Positions 44,009 to 55,766 of a stretch of 64,000 nt of DNA are shown piece by piece. Position numbers and translations under genes: made by a program. Every line of letters begins with the position of its first letter. Position 1 is the stretch's first letter. The notes under the pieces are model-generated. The model had not been told where the DNA came from. It worked only from the letters and a program-made list of their open reading frames with translations, and did no database searches. The stretch is from an uncultured Flavobacteriaceae bacterium (GTDB taxonomy: Bacteria; Bacteroidota; Bacteroidia; Flavobacteriales; Flavobacteriaceae), in assembly GCA_964276095.1 (NCBI GenBank), contig CAXYDR010000002.1, forward strand, positions 23,589 to 87,588. The letters run 5' to 3'.

Positions 44009-44932
44009 TTAAAATACTTCTGCTAACATACATCTTGCACTTCCACCTCCTAAAGTTTCAATTGTTTTTAAATCAACTACTAAAACTGTAGCATGTTTCT
44101 CTAATTTAAACAATTGTTCTTTAGTTAAACTTTCGTTTGCTTGCTTACTCATCACTAATATAGCTCCTGATTCTCCTTGAAGCTCTAACATGTTTCCTGC
44201 AAAAGAATTCATTTGAGCTTCTGTTATAGCGACAACCTCTTTTCCAGACTTCTTTAAATGCTGAATTACGTTTTTCTTTTCTTTTTTGTCATCAATAGCA
44301 TCTAAACAAATAACCGCAAAATCAGAACCTATACACAACATCACATTTGTGTGATAAATAGGTTTCCTTTTTTCTCCAACGTTTTGACTTGCTTTAAAAA
44401 ATACCGGGTCATAATCAAAATCTTCACAAAACTCAATAAACAACTCTTCGTCTGATCTTGATGATTCAGCACAATAAGCAATTTTATGTACTCTGTCTAA
44501 AATAACACTCCCTGTTCCTTCTAAATAGATTTCATCCTCCTCTGCAGAAGTATAATCAACTACATCTTTTATTTCAATACCGGTTTGAGACTCTACAAAT
44601 GCTATCACATCCTCTCTCCTTTCTTTTCTTCTATTCGCTGCTTCCATAGGATAAACAGCAACTACCCCATCTTTATGAAAAGAAATCCAATTGTTAGGGA
44701 AAATCGAATCTGGCGTTTGCGGGTTCATGGTATCTTTAATCACTAAAACCTTTACACCAGCTTTTGTTAATTGCTCAACAAAAGAATCAAACTCAGCTAA
44801 TGCTTTTTCTTGAATCACTTTAGGCGACAACACCATTGATTGCTGAAAATGATTTGATTTTACCGTTTGATCATTTTTAGTAAATGATACTGGACGAATC
44901 ATTAAAACGGTATTTGTAGATTGTTTACTCAT
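44009..44932 (-). CDS. amidinotransferase-fold guanidino-group hydrolase (CtlX/DDAH-like)
   Basis: 307 aa. The C-terminal GGGSARCMLAEVF contains the catalytic Cys typical of the guanidino-modifying enzyme superfamily. Confidence 0.7.
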   Translation of the reverse strand: MSKQSTNTVLMIRPVSFTKNDQTVKSNHFQQSMVLSPKVIQEKALAEFDSFVEQLTKAGVKVLVIKDTMNPQTPDSIFPNNWISFHKDGVVAVYPMEAANRRKERREDVIAFVESQTGIEIKDVVDYTSAEEDEIYLEGTGSVILDRVHKIAYCAESSRSDEELFIEFCEDFDYDPVFFKASQNVGEKRKPIYHTNVMLCIGSDFAVICLDAIDDKKEKKNVIQHLKKSGKEVVAITEAQMNSFAGNMLELQGESGAILVMSKQANESLTKEQLFKLEKHATVLVVDLKTIETLGGGSARCMLAEVF

Positions 44933-44933
44933 T

Positions 44934-45893
44934 TTACAAGTGTGCTTTTATAGTTTTAGATACTGCATCCAATACTTCAAAAGCAGTTTCAGCCATCTTA
45001 TTTCCTTTAAAATCTAATAACGGATTTACTTCTACAAATTCAACAGAAGCTACTTTTTCAGAAGCTATCAATTGATTTATAATAGCCACTATTTCATGTT
45101 GATCGAATCCTTTTGGTACAGGAGTTCCTGTTCCATAAGAAATTAGATCGCAATCCATACTGTCAACGTCAAAGGATATGTAAATCATATCACATTCAGC
45201 CAATGTTGCTAATGTCTCATTTACACAAACCTCTAAACCTCTATAACGCACTTCGTGCACCATATAATTTTTGATTCCTAATTCTTCTATTTGTTTATCT
45301 TCTGGTTCTTCAGTATCTCTAACTCCAAAATACACAACATCGCTAGCTAGAACTTTAGCTCCCTCACAACCTATGTTTTTCATTGCAGTCCAATACTTTT
45401 CAGTATCGGCAGAAATCTCATTCACTTTACATGCTATATTATCTTCTGATAATGCAGCTGCTAATGGCATTCCATGAATATTCCCAGACGGAGAGGTATA
45501 AGGCGAATGAATATCAGCATGAGCATCTATCCAAACTACACCTATTCTCTTATCTGGATAAGCACCCTTTATTCCTGAAATAGTACCCAAAGCTGATGAA
45601 TGATCACCAGATAATACTAAAGGAAAATTATTAGCTTCTAAATTACGTTGCACAGCATCACTTAAACGAGCACATTGGTTATATACTTGTTCAATACGCT
45701 TCCCAAAAGAGTTATTTACTTTATTGTATATAGACTCATTTTCTGTTTCTAGATCTTCAAAGTCATATTGAGTAAAGTAATCATTCTGTTCGTTGATAGC
45801 AGCAATTTCAATAGCATCAACCCCCAAATCGGCACCACGTGTTCCTGCACCAATATCTGATCTGTTCTTGATTATTTTTATTGTTTTACTCAT
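44934..45893 (-). CDS. arginase/ureohydrolase family protein
   Basis: Mn-binding motifs SGDHS, DAHADIHSP and SFDVDSMD. Confidence 0.85.
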   Translation of the reverse strand: MSKTIKIIKNRSDIGAGTRGADLGVDAIEIAAINEQNDYFTQYDFEDLETENESIYNKVNNSFGKRIEQVYNQCARLSDAVQRNLEANNFPLVLSGDHSSALGTISGIKGAYPDKRIGVVWIDAHADIHSPYTSPSGNIHGMPLAAALSEDNIACKVNEISADTEKYWTAMKNIGCEGAKVLASDVVYFGVRDTEEPEDKQIEELGIKNYMVHEVRYRGLEVCVNETLATLAECDMIYISFDVDSMDCDLISYGTGTPVPKGFDQHEIVAIINQLIASEKVASVEFVEVNPLLDFKGNKMAETAFEVLDAVSKTIKAHL

Positions 45894-45987
45894 TATTTTG
45901 GTTTTAATAGATTAAGAATTAGATGACAAAAGTAATTGTTTATACTATTACTTTTAAACTAATTATCTCATTTTATACTCATAGGTA

Positions 45988-46021
45988 TAAAAAAATGCGT
46001 GTTAGTACTACCAACACGCAT
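45988..46021 (-). terminator. terminator after gltA
   Basis: Stem ATGCGTGTT / AACACGCAT (45995-46003 / 46013-46021) followed by U7 on the minus strand. Confidence 0.75.
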
Positions 46022-46046
46022 TTTATATATACTTTATTAAATTATA

Positions 46047-47333
46047 TTATCTTTTTGCTACTTCTTTAAAAGAACGTAAGTTTTCTCCTGTATAAATTTG
46101 ACGAGGACGACCTATTGGTTCTTTATTTAAACGCATTTCTCTCCATTGCGCTATCCAACCTGGTAAACGACCTAAAGCAAACATAGGTGTAAACATTTCA
46201 GTCGGTATACCTAAAGCTCTGTAAATAATTCCTGAATAGAAATCTACGTTAGGATATAATTTTCTGTCAACAAAATACTGATCAGATAAAGCTTCTTGCT
46301 CTAATCCTTTTGCGATATCAAGAATTGGATCCTCAACACCTAAAGCACCTAAAACATCATCTGCTGCAACTTTAATAATCTTAGCTCTTGGGTCAAAGTT
46401 TTTATAAACACGATGTCCGAATCCCATTAAACGGAAAGGATCTTGCTTATCTTTAGCTTTACCCATGTATTTTTTAGTATCACCACCATCAGCCTTAATT
46501 GCTTCTAACATTTCAATTACTGCTTGATTAGCTCCACCGTGTAATGGTCCCCATAATGCAGATATTCCTGCAGAAAGTGACGCATATAAACCTGCATGAG
46601 AAGAACCTACAATACGTACTGTAGATGTAGAACAGTTTTGTTCATGATCAGCATGTAATATAAGTAACTTATCTATTGCATTGTTAATAACTGGGTTTGC
46701 TTTGTATTCTTTATTTGGCTTGTTAAACATCATTTTCATGAAGTTTTCAACATACCCTAATGAATCATCACCATAATCTAACGGTAATCCCATTTTTTTT
46801 CTATGTGCCCAAGCTGTTAATACAGGAAACTTTCCTAATACAGTAACAATTGCCTTATACATGTCCTCTTCAGAATCTACATTCACAGAGTTTGGATTAA
46901 AAGCAATCAATGCACTTGTTAAAGACGACAGCACTCCCATAGGATGAGCTGTTTTAGGGAAACCGTCTAATATTTTTTTGATATCCTCATCAACATGTGC
47001 TTCTGCCTTAATATCAGCATCAAATTTTGCTAATTGCTCAGCTGTTGGTAACTCTCCAAAAATCAATAAATATGCTACTTCTAAGAAATCTGCTTTGTCA
47101 GCCAATTCTTCTATAGAATACCCACGGTATCTTAAAATTCCTTCTTCTCCATTTAAAAAAGTAATTGCACTTGTACACGAACCAGTATTTTTATATCCTG
47201 GATCAATGGTTACAACACCACCAGATGCACCTCTTAATGTTTTAATATCAATTGCAAGTTCATTTTCAGTACCTTTAATTACTGGAAATTCTAATTTTTT
47301 ACCGTTTACTTCTAAAGTAGCTATATCTGCCAT
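46047..47333 (-). CDS. gltA: citrate synthase
   Basis: 428 aa with the GFGHRVYKNFDPRA signature and HADHEQN. Confidence 0.97.
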   Translation of the reverse strand: MADIATLEVNGKKLEFPVIKGTENELAIDIKTLRGASGGVVTIDPGYKNTGSCTSAITFLNGEEGILRYRGYSIEELADKADFLEVAYLLIFGELPTAEQLAKFDADIKAEAHVDEDIKKILDGFPKTAHPMGVLSSLTSALIAFNPNSVNVDSEEDMYKAIVTVLGKFPVLTAWAHRKKMGLPLDYGDDSLGYVENFMKMMFNKPNKEYKANPVINNAIDKLLILHADHEQNCSTSTVRIVGSSHAGLYASLSAGISALWGPLHGGANQAVIEMLEAIKADGGDTKKYMGKAKDKQDPFRLMGFGHRVYKNFDPRAKIIKVAADDVLGALGVEDPILDIAKGLEQEALSDQYFVDRKLYPNVDFYSGIIYRALGIPTEMFTPMFALGRLPGWIAQWREMRLNKEPIGRPRQIYTGENLRSFKEVAKR

Positions 47334-47443
47334 AGTTTTTTCTCCTTCGCTTTATTGTGCTAATACTTCTTATTAGCAAGGGTTAATTATTCAATCCGAC
47401 GAATTTACGAAAAATAGCCCTAAAAAAGAAACTATTCACGCAT

Positions 47444-47479
47444 AAAAAAAGCAGTAAAAAGTAAACTTTCTACTGCTTT
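47444..47479 (-). terminator. terminator after eno
   Basis: The minus-strand hairpin AAAGCAGTA / TACTGCTTT is followed by a U run. Confidence 0.6.
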
Positions 47480-47506
47480 AATAATTTAATGAATATTATA
47501 CTAATA

Positions 47507-48855
<1,349 letters not shown>

Positions 48856-48866
48856 GAATTTTAATA

Positions 48867-49988
48867 TTATGCGTTTTGTAATTTAGCTTCTTTTATATTT
48901 GCTACAAACTGATCAAACAAATATCTTGAATCATGTGGTCCAGGACTAGCCTCTGGGTGATACTGAACAGAAAAACAATTCTTATTCTTCATCTTTAATC
49001 CAGCTACGGTATGATCATTTAAATGCGTATGTGATATTTCTACTTCAGGATTTGCTACAGCCTCATCCCTATTTACAGCAAAACCATGATTTTGAGAAGT
49101 AATTTCCCCTTTTCCAGTTGCTATATTCATTACTGGGTGATTAATACCTCTATGTCCATTATGCATTTTAAATGTAGAAATTCCATTTGCAATAGCAATA
49201 ACTTGGTGACCTAAACAAATACCAAATAATGGTAGGTTTCTTTTTATTATTTCTTTAGCAACGGCTTGAGCTTCTACTAAAGGCTCAGGATCTCCAGGGC
49301 CGTTAGATAAAAAATACCCATCAGGATTCCAAGCGCTCATTTCTTCAAATGTTGCGTTATAAGGGAATACTTTTATATAAACATCTCTAGATGAGATATT
49401 CTTTAATATACTCTTTTTAATTCCAATGTCTAAAGCCGCAACTTTATATGTTGCATTTTCATCTCCAAAATAATAAGGCTCAATACATGAAACTTTAGAC
49501 GCTAGTTCTAATCCGTTCATATTAGGACTTTCAGCTAATTGCTTTTTTAATCCTTCAATATTATCAACATCAGTTGACATTACAGCATTCATAGCTCCAT
49601 TATCACGAATATATGAAACCAAAGCTCTAGTATCAACATCTGAAATAGCAAACAAGTTGCTTTCATTTAAAAAATCTTCTAAAGATCTATTAGCGATATC
49701 TCTTGAATAATCATAACTGAAATTCTTACAAATCAATCCTGAAATTTTAACTCCATTTGATTCATTTTCATCTGTAGCAGTACCGTAGTTTCCGATATGC
49801 GAATTTGTAGTTACCATTAACTGACCAAAATAAGATGGGTCAGTGAAAATTTCCTGATACCCTGTCATTCCTGTGTTAAAACAAACTTCTCCAAAGGATG
49901 TCCCTTCTTTATCAGCTACTGACTTTCCATAGAAAATTGTACCATCAGCTAACAGTAGTATTGCTTTTCTTCGAGTTTGATACTTCAT
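48867..49988 (-). CDS. carA: carbamoyl-phosphate synthase small (glutamine amidotransferase) subunit
   Basis: GICLGHQ catalytic Cys and the QYHPEASPGPHD motif. Confidence 0.95.
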   Translation of the reverse strand: MKYQTRRKAILLLADGTIFYGKSVADKEGTSFGEVCFNTGMTGYQEIFTDPSYFGQLMVTTNSHIGNYGTATDENESNGVKISGLICKNFSYDYSRDIANRSLEDFLNESNLFAISDVDTRALVSYIRDNGAMNAVMSTDVDNIEGLKKQLAESPNMNGLELASKVSCIEPYYFGDENATYKVAALDIGIKKSILKNISSRDVYIKVFPYNATFEEMSAWNPDGYFLSNGPGDPEPLVEAQAVAKEIIKRNLPLFGICLGHQVIAIANGISTFKMHNGHRGINHPVMNIATGKGEITSQNHGFAVNRDEAVANPEVEISHTHLNDHTVAGLKMKNKNCFSVQYHPEASPGPHDSRYLFDQFVANIKEAKLQNA

Positions 49989-50023
49989 TACTATTGTTGT
50001 TTAGTTGTGTGTAATTAGTTGCG

Positions 50024-50031
50024 CAAAATTA
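50024..50031 (-). promoter_or_regulatory. candidate -7 box (TAATTTTG) for carA
   Basis: Exact TAnnTTTG match on the minus strand, 35 nt upstream of the ATG at 49988, just downstream of the rplQ terminator. Confidence 0.4.
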
Positions 50032-50035
50032 ATAC

Positions 50036-50069
50036 AAAAAAAAAGGATAAACTAAAAAGTTTATCCTTT
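50036..50069 (-). terminator. terminator of the alpha operon after rplQ
   Basis: 11-bp stem AAAGGATAAAC / GTTTATCCTTT (50042-50052 / 50059-50069) followed by a U run on the minus strand. Confidence 0.8.
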
Positions 50070-50092
50070 AATGCTAAGATTTTAAAAACATC

Positions 50093-50560
50093 TTATTCTT
50101 CTTCCTTAGAAGCTGCTGTGTCTGCTGCTGCAGGAGCTGCTTTCTTAGCCTTACTTCTACGAGTAGTCTTTTTAGCTTCTTTCTTACCAGCGTTATAGAT
50201 TTCGTTGTAATCAACTAATTCTACCATTGCCATATCAGCGTTATCCCCTAAACGGTTTCCTAACTTGATCACACGAGTATAACCTCCTGGACGATCTCCG
50301 ACTTTTACAGCTACGTCTCTGAATAATTCAGTTACTGCTTCTTTTTGTCTTAATTTAGCAAATACTAAACGACGATTGTGCGTAGTATCACTTTTAGACT
50401 TAGTCACTAAAGGCTCAAAAAATTGCTTTAAAGCCTTCGCTTTAGCAACTGTTGTGTTAATACGTTTGTGCTCTATTAAAGAACAAGCCATATTAGACAA
50501 CATCGCAACTCTATGCGCTTTCTTTCTACCTAAGTGATTTATTTTTTTACCGTGTCTCAT
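50093..50560 (-). CDS. rplQ: 50S ribosomal protein L17
   Basis: [18 protein letters not shown]-terminus with a basic/Ala-rich C-terminal extension. Confidence 0.97.
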   Translation of the reverse strand: MRHGKKINHLGRKKAHRVAMLSNMACSLIEHKRINTTVAKAKALKQFFEPLVTKSKSDTTHNRRLVFAKLRQKEAVTELFRDVAVKVGDRPGGYTRVIKLGNRLGDNADMAMVELVDYNEIYNAGKKEAKKTTRRSKAKKAAPAAADTAASKEEE

Positions 50561-50693
50561 TGTAATTGGTATTTCACACCATCTTGCTTCAACTCATTAT
50601 AAGGAGCAAAATATGATGTATTAATTTATTTGTTTGAATAAAAGAATAGAAAAGTAGTATCATAATTAATTACAATACTACTTTCTAAATAAT

Positions 50694-51686
50694 TTAGTCT
50701 TTATCTAATTTGTACTTTGCTAAGTCCATTCCGAATGTTAAGTTCTTAATCGCTACTAACTCATCTAATTCAGTTAACGATTTTTTACCGAAGTTACGGA
50801 ACTTCATTAAGTCATTTTTGTTGAACGACACTAAATCTCCTAAAGTATCAACTTCAGCAGCTTTTAAACAGTTTAATGCACGAACTGAAAGATCCATATC
50901 AACAAGCTTAGTTTTAAGCAATTGTCTCATATGTAATGATTCCTCGTCATAAGTTTCTGTTTGTGCAATTTCATCCGCCTCTAAAGTGATACGCTCATCA
51001 GAGAATAACATAAAGTGGTGAATTAAAATTCTAGCAGCATCAGTTAATGCATCTTTTGGATGAATAGATCCGTCAGTTTGAATTTCAAATACTAATTTTT
51101 CGTAATCAGTTTTTTGTTCAACACGGAAGTTCTCTATCTTATACAATACATTTTTAATAGGAGTGTATATTGAATCAACAAAAATAGTTCCTAATGGTGC
51201 ATTAGCTTTTTTATTTTCTTCAGCAGGAACATATCCTCTACCTTTTTCTATAGTAAGTTCCATATTGAAATTCACTTTAGGATCTAAGTTACAGATAACT
51301 AAATCTGTATTTAATACTTGGAATCCTGATATGAATTTCTGAAAATCACCAGCTGTAAGTTGTTTCTTACCTGATACAGAAATAGATACAGTTTCGTTGT
51401 CTACATCTTCTATTTGTTGCTTAAAACGAACTTGTTTTAAGTTTAAGATAATTTCTGTAACATCTTCTACAACTCCTGAAATAGTAGAAAATTCGTGCTC
51501 TACTCCCTCAATACGAGTTGAAGTAATTGCAAATCCTTCCAAAGAAGACAATAATACTCTTCTCAGTGCATTACCTACAGTTAAACCATAACCAGGCTCT
51601 AATGGTCTAAATTCGAATTTACCTTCGAACTCAGACGAGTTGATCATGATAACCTTATCTGGTTTTTGAAAATTTAAAATTGCCAT
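50694..51686 (-). CDS. rpoA: DNA-directed RNA polymerase subunit alpha
   Basis: 330 aa with [17 protein letters not shown] and a C-terminal alpha-CTD ([10 protein letters not shown]). Confidence 0.98.
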   Translation of the reverse strand: MAILNFQKPDKVIMINSSEFEGKFEFRPLEPGYGLTVGNALRRVLLSSLEGFAITSTRIEGVEHEFSTISGVVEDVTEIILNLKQVRFKQQIEDVDNETVSISVSGKKQLTAGDFQKFISGFQVLNTDLVICNLDPKVNFNMELTIEKGRGYVPAEENKKANAPLGTIFVDSIYTPIKNVLYKIENFRVEQKTDYEKLVFEIQTDGSIHPKDALTDAARILIHHFMLFSDERITLEADEIAQTETYDEESLHMRQLLKTKLVDMDLSVRALNCLKAAEVDTLGDLVSFNKNDLMKFRNFGKKSLTELDELVAIKNLTFGMDLAKYKLDKD

Positions 51687-51781
51687 TTTTTCTTCATTTT
51701 AATTGTTATTCAGTTGCGCGGTTTCTAAGTGTGAAGAAATACGAACAAACCCTTTGGCTGAATCTCAATATGATTAATTTA

Positions 51782-52387
51782 TTACTTAGAATATAATTCT
51801 ACGATCAATTGTTCTTTGATGTTTTCTGGGATTTGTAAACGTACTGGTACAGCAACAAAAGTTCCTGATTTAGTAGCGTTATTCCAAGTCATCCACTCAA
51901 AAACATTACTATTATTTGCTAATGAATTTTCAATAGCAGATAAAGATTTAGATTTTTCTCTTACTCCAACAACATCACCTGCGTTTAATGAATAAGAAGG
52001 TATGTTTACGATTTCTCCATTAACAGTAATATGTCTATGAGAAACTAATTGACGAGCTCCACTTCTTGAAGGAGAGACACCCATTCTGTAAACAACGTTA
52101 TCTAATCTTGACTCACATAACTGTAATAAAACCTCACCTGTAATACCTTTATCAGCAGATGCTTTTTTAAATAAGTTACGGAATTGACGCTCTAACATAC
52201 CATAAGTATATTTAGCTTTTTGCTTTTCCATTAATTGGATAGCATATTCTGATTTCTTACCTCTTCTACGAGTGTTACCGTGTTGTCCTGGAGGGAAATT
52301 TCTTTTTTCAAAAGATTTATCTTCTCCGAAAATTGCTTCACCAAACTTACGAGCAATTCTAGTCTTTGGTCCTGTATATCTTGCCAT
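51782..52387 (-). CDS. rpsD: 30S ribosomal protein S4
   Basis: [17 protein letters not shown]-terminus and an S4 RNA-binding domain. Confidence 0.98.
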   Translation of the reverse strand: MARYTGPKTRIARKFGEAIFGEDKSFEKRNFPPGQHGNTRRRGKKSEYAIQLMEKQKAKYTYGMLERQFRNLFKKASADKGITGEVLLQLCESRLDNVVYRMGVSPSRSGARQLVSHRHITVNGEIVNIPSYSLNAGDVVGVREKSKSLSAIENSLANNSNVFEWMTWNNATKSGTFVAVPVRLQIPENIKEQLIVELYSK

Positions 52388-52526
52388 TTCTAAATTATTA
52401 AGAGCGGGGTTATGAATTAAGGCTTATCTATCCTTCGACAACCATGTAATCCACTCAGTGATTATTAAATATAAAAAGAACTGAAACATAACAATAGTTA
52501 CATTTCAGTTTATTTTCAAAAAGTGA

Positions 52527-52916
52527 TTAAACTCTTCTTCTTTTAGGAGGTCTACAACCGTTATGAGCTGAAGGAGTTACATCGATAATCTCTGTAACAT
52601 CAATTCCTGCATTATGTAAAGATCTGATTGCAGACTCACGTCCGTTACCTGGTCCTTTTACATATACTTTTACTTTTCTTAATCCTGCTTCGTGTGCGGT
52701 TTTTGCACAATCTTCAGCAGCCGTTTGAGCAGCGTAAGGAGTATTCTTCTTAGAACCTCTAAACCCCATCTTACCAGCAGAAGACCAAGCTATTACATCA
52801 CCTTTTTTGTTTGTCAAAGAGATGATAATATTATTGAATGACGATGATACGTGAGCTTCACCTACCGCGTCTACAACAACCTTTCTTTTCTTAGCAGTTT
52901 TTGTTGACTTTGCCAT
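52527..52916 (-). CDS. rpsK: 30S ribosomal protein S11
   Basis: The FNNIIISLT...GFRGSKK.TPYAAQ pattern. Confidence 0.98.
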   Translation of the reverse strand: MAKSTKTAKKRKVVVDAVGEAHVSSSFNNIIISLTNKKGDVIAWSSAGKMGFRGSKKNTPYAAQTAAEDCAKTAHEAGLRKVKVYVKGPGNGRESAIRSLHNAGIDVTEIIDVTPSAHNGCRPPKRRRV

Positions 52917-52920
52917 AATA

Positions 52921-53289
52921 TTATGCTTTTTTCTTGTTAGCTACTGTTTTTCTTCTACCTTTTCTAGTTCTAGAGTTGTTCTTAGTTCTTTGCCCTCTTA
53001 ATGGAAGACCAGTTCTATGACGAATTCCTCTATTACATCCGATATCCATTAAACGTTTAATGTTTAATTGAATTTCCGTACGTAATTCACCTTCAATTGT
53101 GAATGACCCAATAGCCTCACGAATGTTACCGATTTCTTCATCAGTCCAATCTGAAACTTTTGTATCTTCACTTACTCCCGCTGTCGATAAAGCATTTTTA
53201 GCTCTAGTCGAACCTACACCAAATATGTAAGTTAATGCGATTACACCCCTTTTATGTTTTGGGATATCAACACCTGCAATTCTAGCCAT
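52921..53289 (-). CDS. rpsM: 30S ribosomal protein S13
   Basis: [11 protein letters not shown]-terminus. Confidence 0.98.
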   Translation of the reverse strand: MARIAGVDIPKHKRGVIALTYIFGVGSTRAKNALSTAGVSEDTKVSDWTDEEIGNIREAIGSFTIEGELRTEIQLNIKRLMDIGCNRGIRHRTGLPLRGQRTKNNSRTRKGRRKTVANKKKA

Positions 53290-53405
53290 TACCCTTGTCT
53301 TTGTTTAAATCTAGGATTCTTTTTATTAATAACGTACAATCTACCTTTACGACGTACGATTTTGCACTCTGCACTTCTTTTTTTAACTGATGCTCTTACT
53401 TTCAT
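53289..53405 (-). CDS. rpmJ: 50S ribosomal protein L36
   Basis: Not in the ORF track because it is under 60 aa. The minus strand translates to [38 protein letters not shown]. Its stop overlaps the rpsM ATG (TAATG). Confidence 0.95.
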   Translation of the reverse strand: MKVRASVKKRSAECKIVRRKGRLYVINKKNPRFKQRQG

Positions 53406-53532
53406 CTCTTAATTTTTAATTTGAAAACAGAAATCACTCTCTACTTTCCTTGTTTCATAACAACTATTTAGTTTTACGAGATTGCAAAACTAAATAATTG
53501 TTAGATATATTAATAATTTTTTGACAATTATT

Positions 53533-53748
53533 TTAATATCTGTATGTAATTCTTGCTTTTGACAAGTCATAAGGACTCATTTCAAGCTTTACTTTATCAC
53601 CAGGTAACAACTTAATGTAATGCATACGCATCTTACCTGATATATGAGCTGTTACAATGTGACCATTTTCCAACTCAACACGGAACATCGCATTTGATAA
53701 TGCTTCAATAATACTTCCGTCTTGTTCTATTGCTTGTTGCTTTGCCAT
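53533..53748 (-). CDS. infA: translation initiation factor IF-1
   Basis: 71 aa S1-like protein with the GKMR.HYI.LPGD.V..E.SPYDL..ARI.YR pattern. Confidence 0.98.
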   Translation of the reverse strand: MAKQQAIEQDGSIIEALSNAMFRVELENGHIVTAHISGKMRMHYIKLLPGDKVKLEMSPYDLSKARITYRY

Positions 53749-53750
53749 AG

Positions 53751-55097
53751 TTACGCTACTGCTTTTCTATTTTTACCAGTTTCCATTAATCCGTCATAAT
53801 GCTTATTTAACAAGTAAGAATTAACTTGTTGCATCGTATCCATTGCTACACCAACTAAAATCAGTAATGATGTACCTCCGTAAAACAATGCCCACCCTTG
53901 TTGAATGTTCATTAATTTAATTACAATTGCAGGACAAATAGCAATAAGCGCTAAAAAGATAGAACCAGGTAATGTAATTTGAGACATTATCTTATCTAAA
54001 TAATCAGCAGTTTCAGTTCCTGGCTTAATACCTGGAATAAAACCATTACTACGCTTTAAGTCTTCTGCCATTTTATTGGTAGGAACTGTGATTGCAGTAT
54101 AGAAATATGTAAAGATGATAATTAATAATGCGAACACTACGTTATACCAAAACCCGAACATATTTGTAAACTCTGTTTTTAAGAACTGAGCAACTGCTCC
54201 TTCACCAAATGCTTCTCCTACAACAGCAGGAACAAACATAATAGCTTGAGCAAATATAATTGGCATTACCCCAGAAGCATTTAACTTCAATGGTAAAAAC
54301 TGTCTAGCTCCTTCTTCATAACCTCCAACTGATGAACGTCTAGCATACTGAACAGGAACCTGTCTCACAGCTAAAACTAACATTATTGAAAGCAGAATAA
54401 TTACTAACCAAACAATTACTTCTATCAAAAGCATCATAACACCACCGTTACCACCATCTCCTGATACTCTAGAACCAATTTCCTGCATAAAAGAACCAGG
54501 TAAACTAGCAATAATCCCTACCATAATCAATAGTGATATACCGTTACCTATTCCTTTATCAGTAATTTTCTCACCTAACCACATAGCGAATACACACCCT
54601 GTAACTAAGATCGTTATAGAAGAAACCCAAAACATTCCTCCTCTACCAAAAACAAAAGCTGCTTCAGGAACACCTAAACTAGGTAAACTTCCTAAATAAA
54701 ATGGAGCTTGAACTACACAAATAACGATGGTTAACCAACGTGTAATTTGTGTGATTTTCTTTTGCCCACTTGCACCCTCTTTTTGTAGTTTTTGAAGATA
54801 AGGAATTGCTATAGTCATTAATTGAACAACAATAGAAGCAGAAATATAAGGCATTATACCAAGTGCAAATACAGAAGCTTTAGCTAAAGCCCCTCCTGTA
54901 AAAGCGTTGATTAAGGCTAAAAAACCTCCATCATCGAATTTATCACTTAATCCTGACAATTGACTTACATCTATACCTGGTAACACAATCTGTGCTCCAA
55001 ATCTATATGCAAGTAATAAACTTAAAGTAATAAGAATTTTATTTCTTAATTCTTCAATTTGCCAAACTCCTTGTATTGATTCTATAATTTTCTTCAT
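53751..55097 (-). CDS. secY: preprotein translocase subunit SecY
   Basis: 448 aa, 10 TM helices, in the conserved position between rplO and infA. Confidence 0.97.
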   Translation of the reverse strand: MKKIIESIQGVWQIEELRNKILITLSLLLAYRFGAQIVLPGIDVSQLSGLSDKFDDGGFLALINAFTGGALAKASVFALGIMPYISASIVVQLMTIAIPYLQKLQKEGASGQKKITQITRWLTIVICVVQAPFYLGSLPSLGVPEAAFVFGRGGMFWVSSITILVTGCVFAMWLGEKITDKGIGNGISLLIMVGIIASLPGSFMQEIGSRVSGDGGNGGVMMLLIEVIVWLVIILLSIMLVLAVRQVPVQYARRSSVGGYEEGARQFLPLKLNASGVMPIIFAQAIMFVPAVVGEAFGEGAVAQFLKTEFTNMFGFWYNVVFALLIIIFTYFYTAITVPTNKMAEDLKRSNGFIPGIKPGTETADYLDKIMSQITLPGSIFLALIAICPAIVIKLMNIQQGWALFYGGTSLLILVGVAMDTMQQVNSYLLNKHYDGLMETGKNRKAVA

Positions 55098-55106
55098 GAA
55101 ATAATA

Positions 55107-55559
55107 TTATAAAGCTTCAGCAGATCCTCCAGCAGCCTCGATAGCCGCTTTTGCATTTGCAGTAAACTTATGAACAGAAACTGTTAACTTTGCTTTTAAC
55201 TCTCCTCTACCTAAAATTTTAACCAAGTCGTTTTTACCAACAAGTCTGTTAGCTATCAACACGTCTAAATCTACAGTATCAGTAAGTTTTCCAGCGTCTA
55301 CCAATTCTTGTAAAGTATCCAAGTTTACACCTGAAAATTCTTTACGATTGATGTTTGTGAAACCAAACTTAGGAACACGACGTTGTAAAGGCATTTGACC
55401 TCCTTCAAAACCAATCTTTCTAGAATATCCAGATCTTGACTTTGCTCCTTTATGTCCTCTAGCTGCAGTACCACCTTTTCCAGAACCTTGACCTCTACCA
55501 AGTCTCTTAGAATTGTTACGTACTGAACCTTCAGCTGGTTTTAAATTACTTAAATCCAT
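55107..55559 (-). CDS. rplO: 50S ribosomal protein L15
   Basis: The LGRGQGSGKGGTAARGHKG motif. Confidence 0.97.
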   Translation of the reverse strand: MDLSNLKPAEGSVRNNSKRLGRGQGSGKGGTAARGHKGAKSRSGYSRKIGFEGGQMPLQRRVPKFGFTNINRKEFSGVNLDTLQELVDAGKLTDTVDLDVLIANRLVGKNDLVKILGRGELKAKLTVSVHKFTANAKAAIEAAGGSAEAL

Positions 55560-55575
55560 GTTATAAATGTTTTAA

Positions 55576-55755
55576 TTAAGCTTCCGTTACAGAAACTAAA
55601 TGTTGAACTTTGTTTACCATACCAACTATTGTTGGCGTAGCATCATGCTCTATAGTTTGATTTAACTTTCTAAGACCCAAAGAAACTAATGTTCTTTTTT
55701 GTCTCTCTGGTCTACCTATAGCGCTTTTTACTAATGTTACTTTAATCTTTGCCAT
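55576..55755 (-). CDS. rpmD: 50S ribosomal protein L30
   Basis: Not in the ORF track (59 aa). The minus strand translates to MAKIKVTLVKSAIGRPERQKRTLVSLGLRKLNQTIEHDATPTIVGMVNKVQHLVSVTEA. Confidence 0.93.
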   Translation of the reverse strand: MAKIKVTLVKSAIGRPERQKRTLVSLGLRKLNQTIEHDATPTIVGMVNKVQHLVSVTEA

Positions 55756-55766
55756 CTTTAACTTGA

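Noticed and set aside
47342-47347. A Shine-Dalgarno-like AAGGAG 8 nt upstream of the gltA ATG, in a genome that otherwise lacks SD sites.
   Set aside because: It is a single occurrence and cannot be distinguished from chance without genome-wide statistics.
46978-47376. A 132-aa ORF antisense to the 5' part of gltA. Similar antisense ORFs lie in lipA (21683-22030, 22115-22522), gap (22742-23101, 23120-23353), eno (48239-48626) and rpoA.
   Set aside because: All are nested in well-supported conserved genes and have no independent signals or motifs.
49989-50092. A possible L17 downstream element RNA after rplQ.
   Set aside because: The only structure present is a canonical terminator hairpin plus a U run. 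As I recall, the described L17 downstream element is restricted to Lactobacillales and Listeria.
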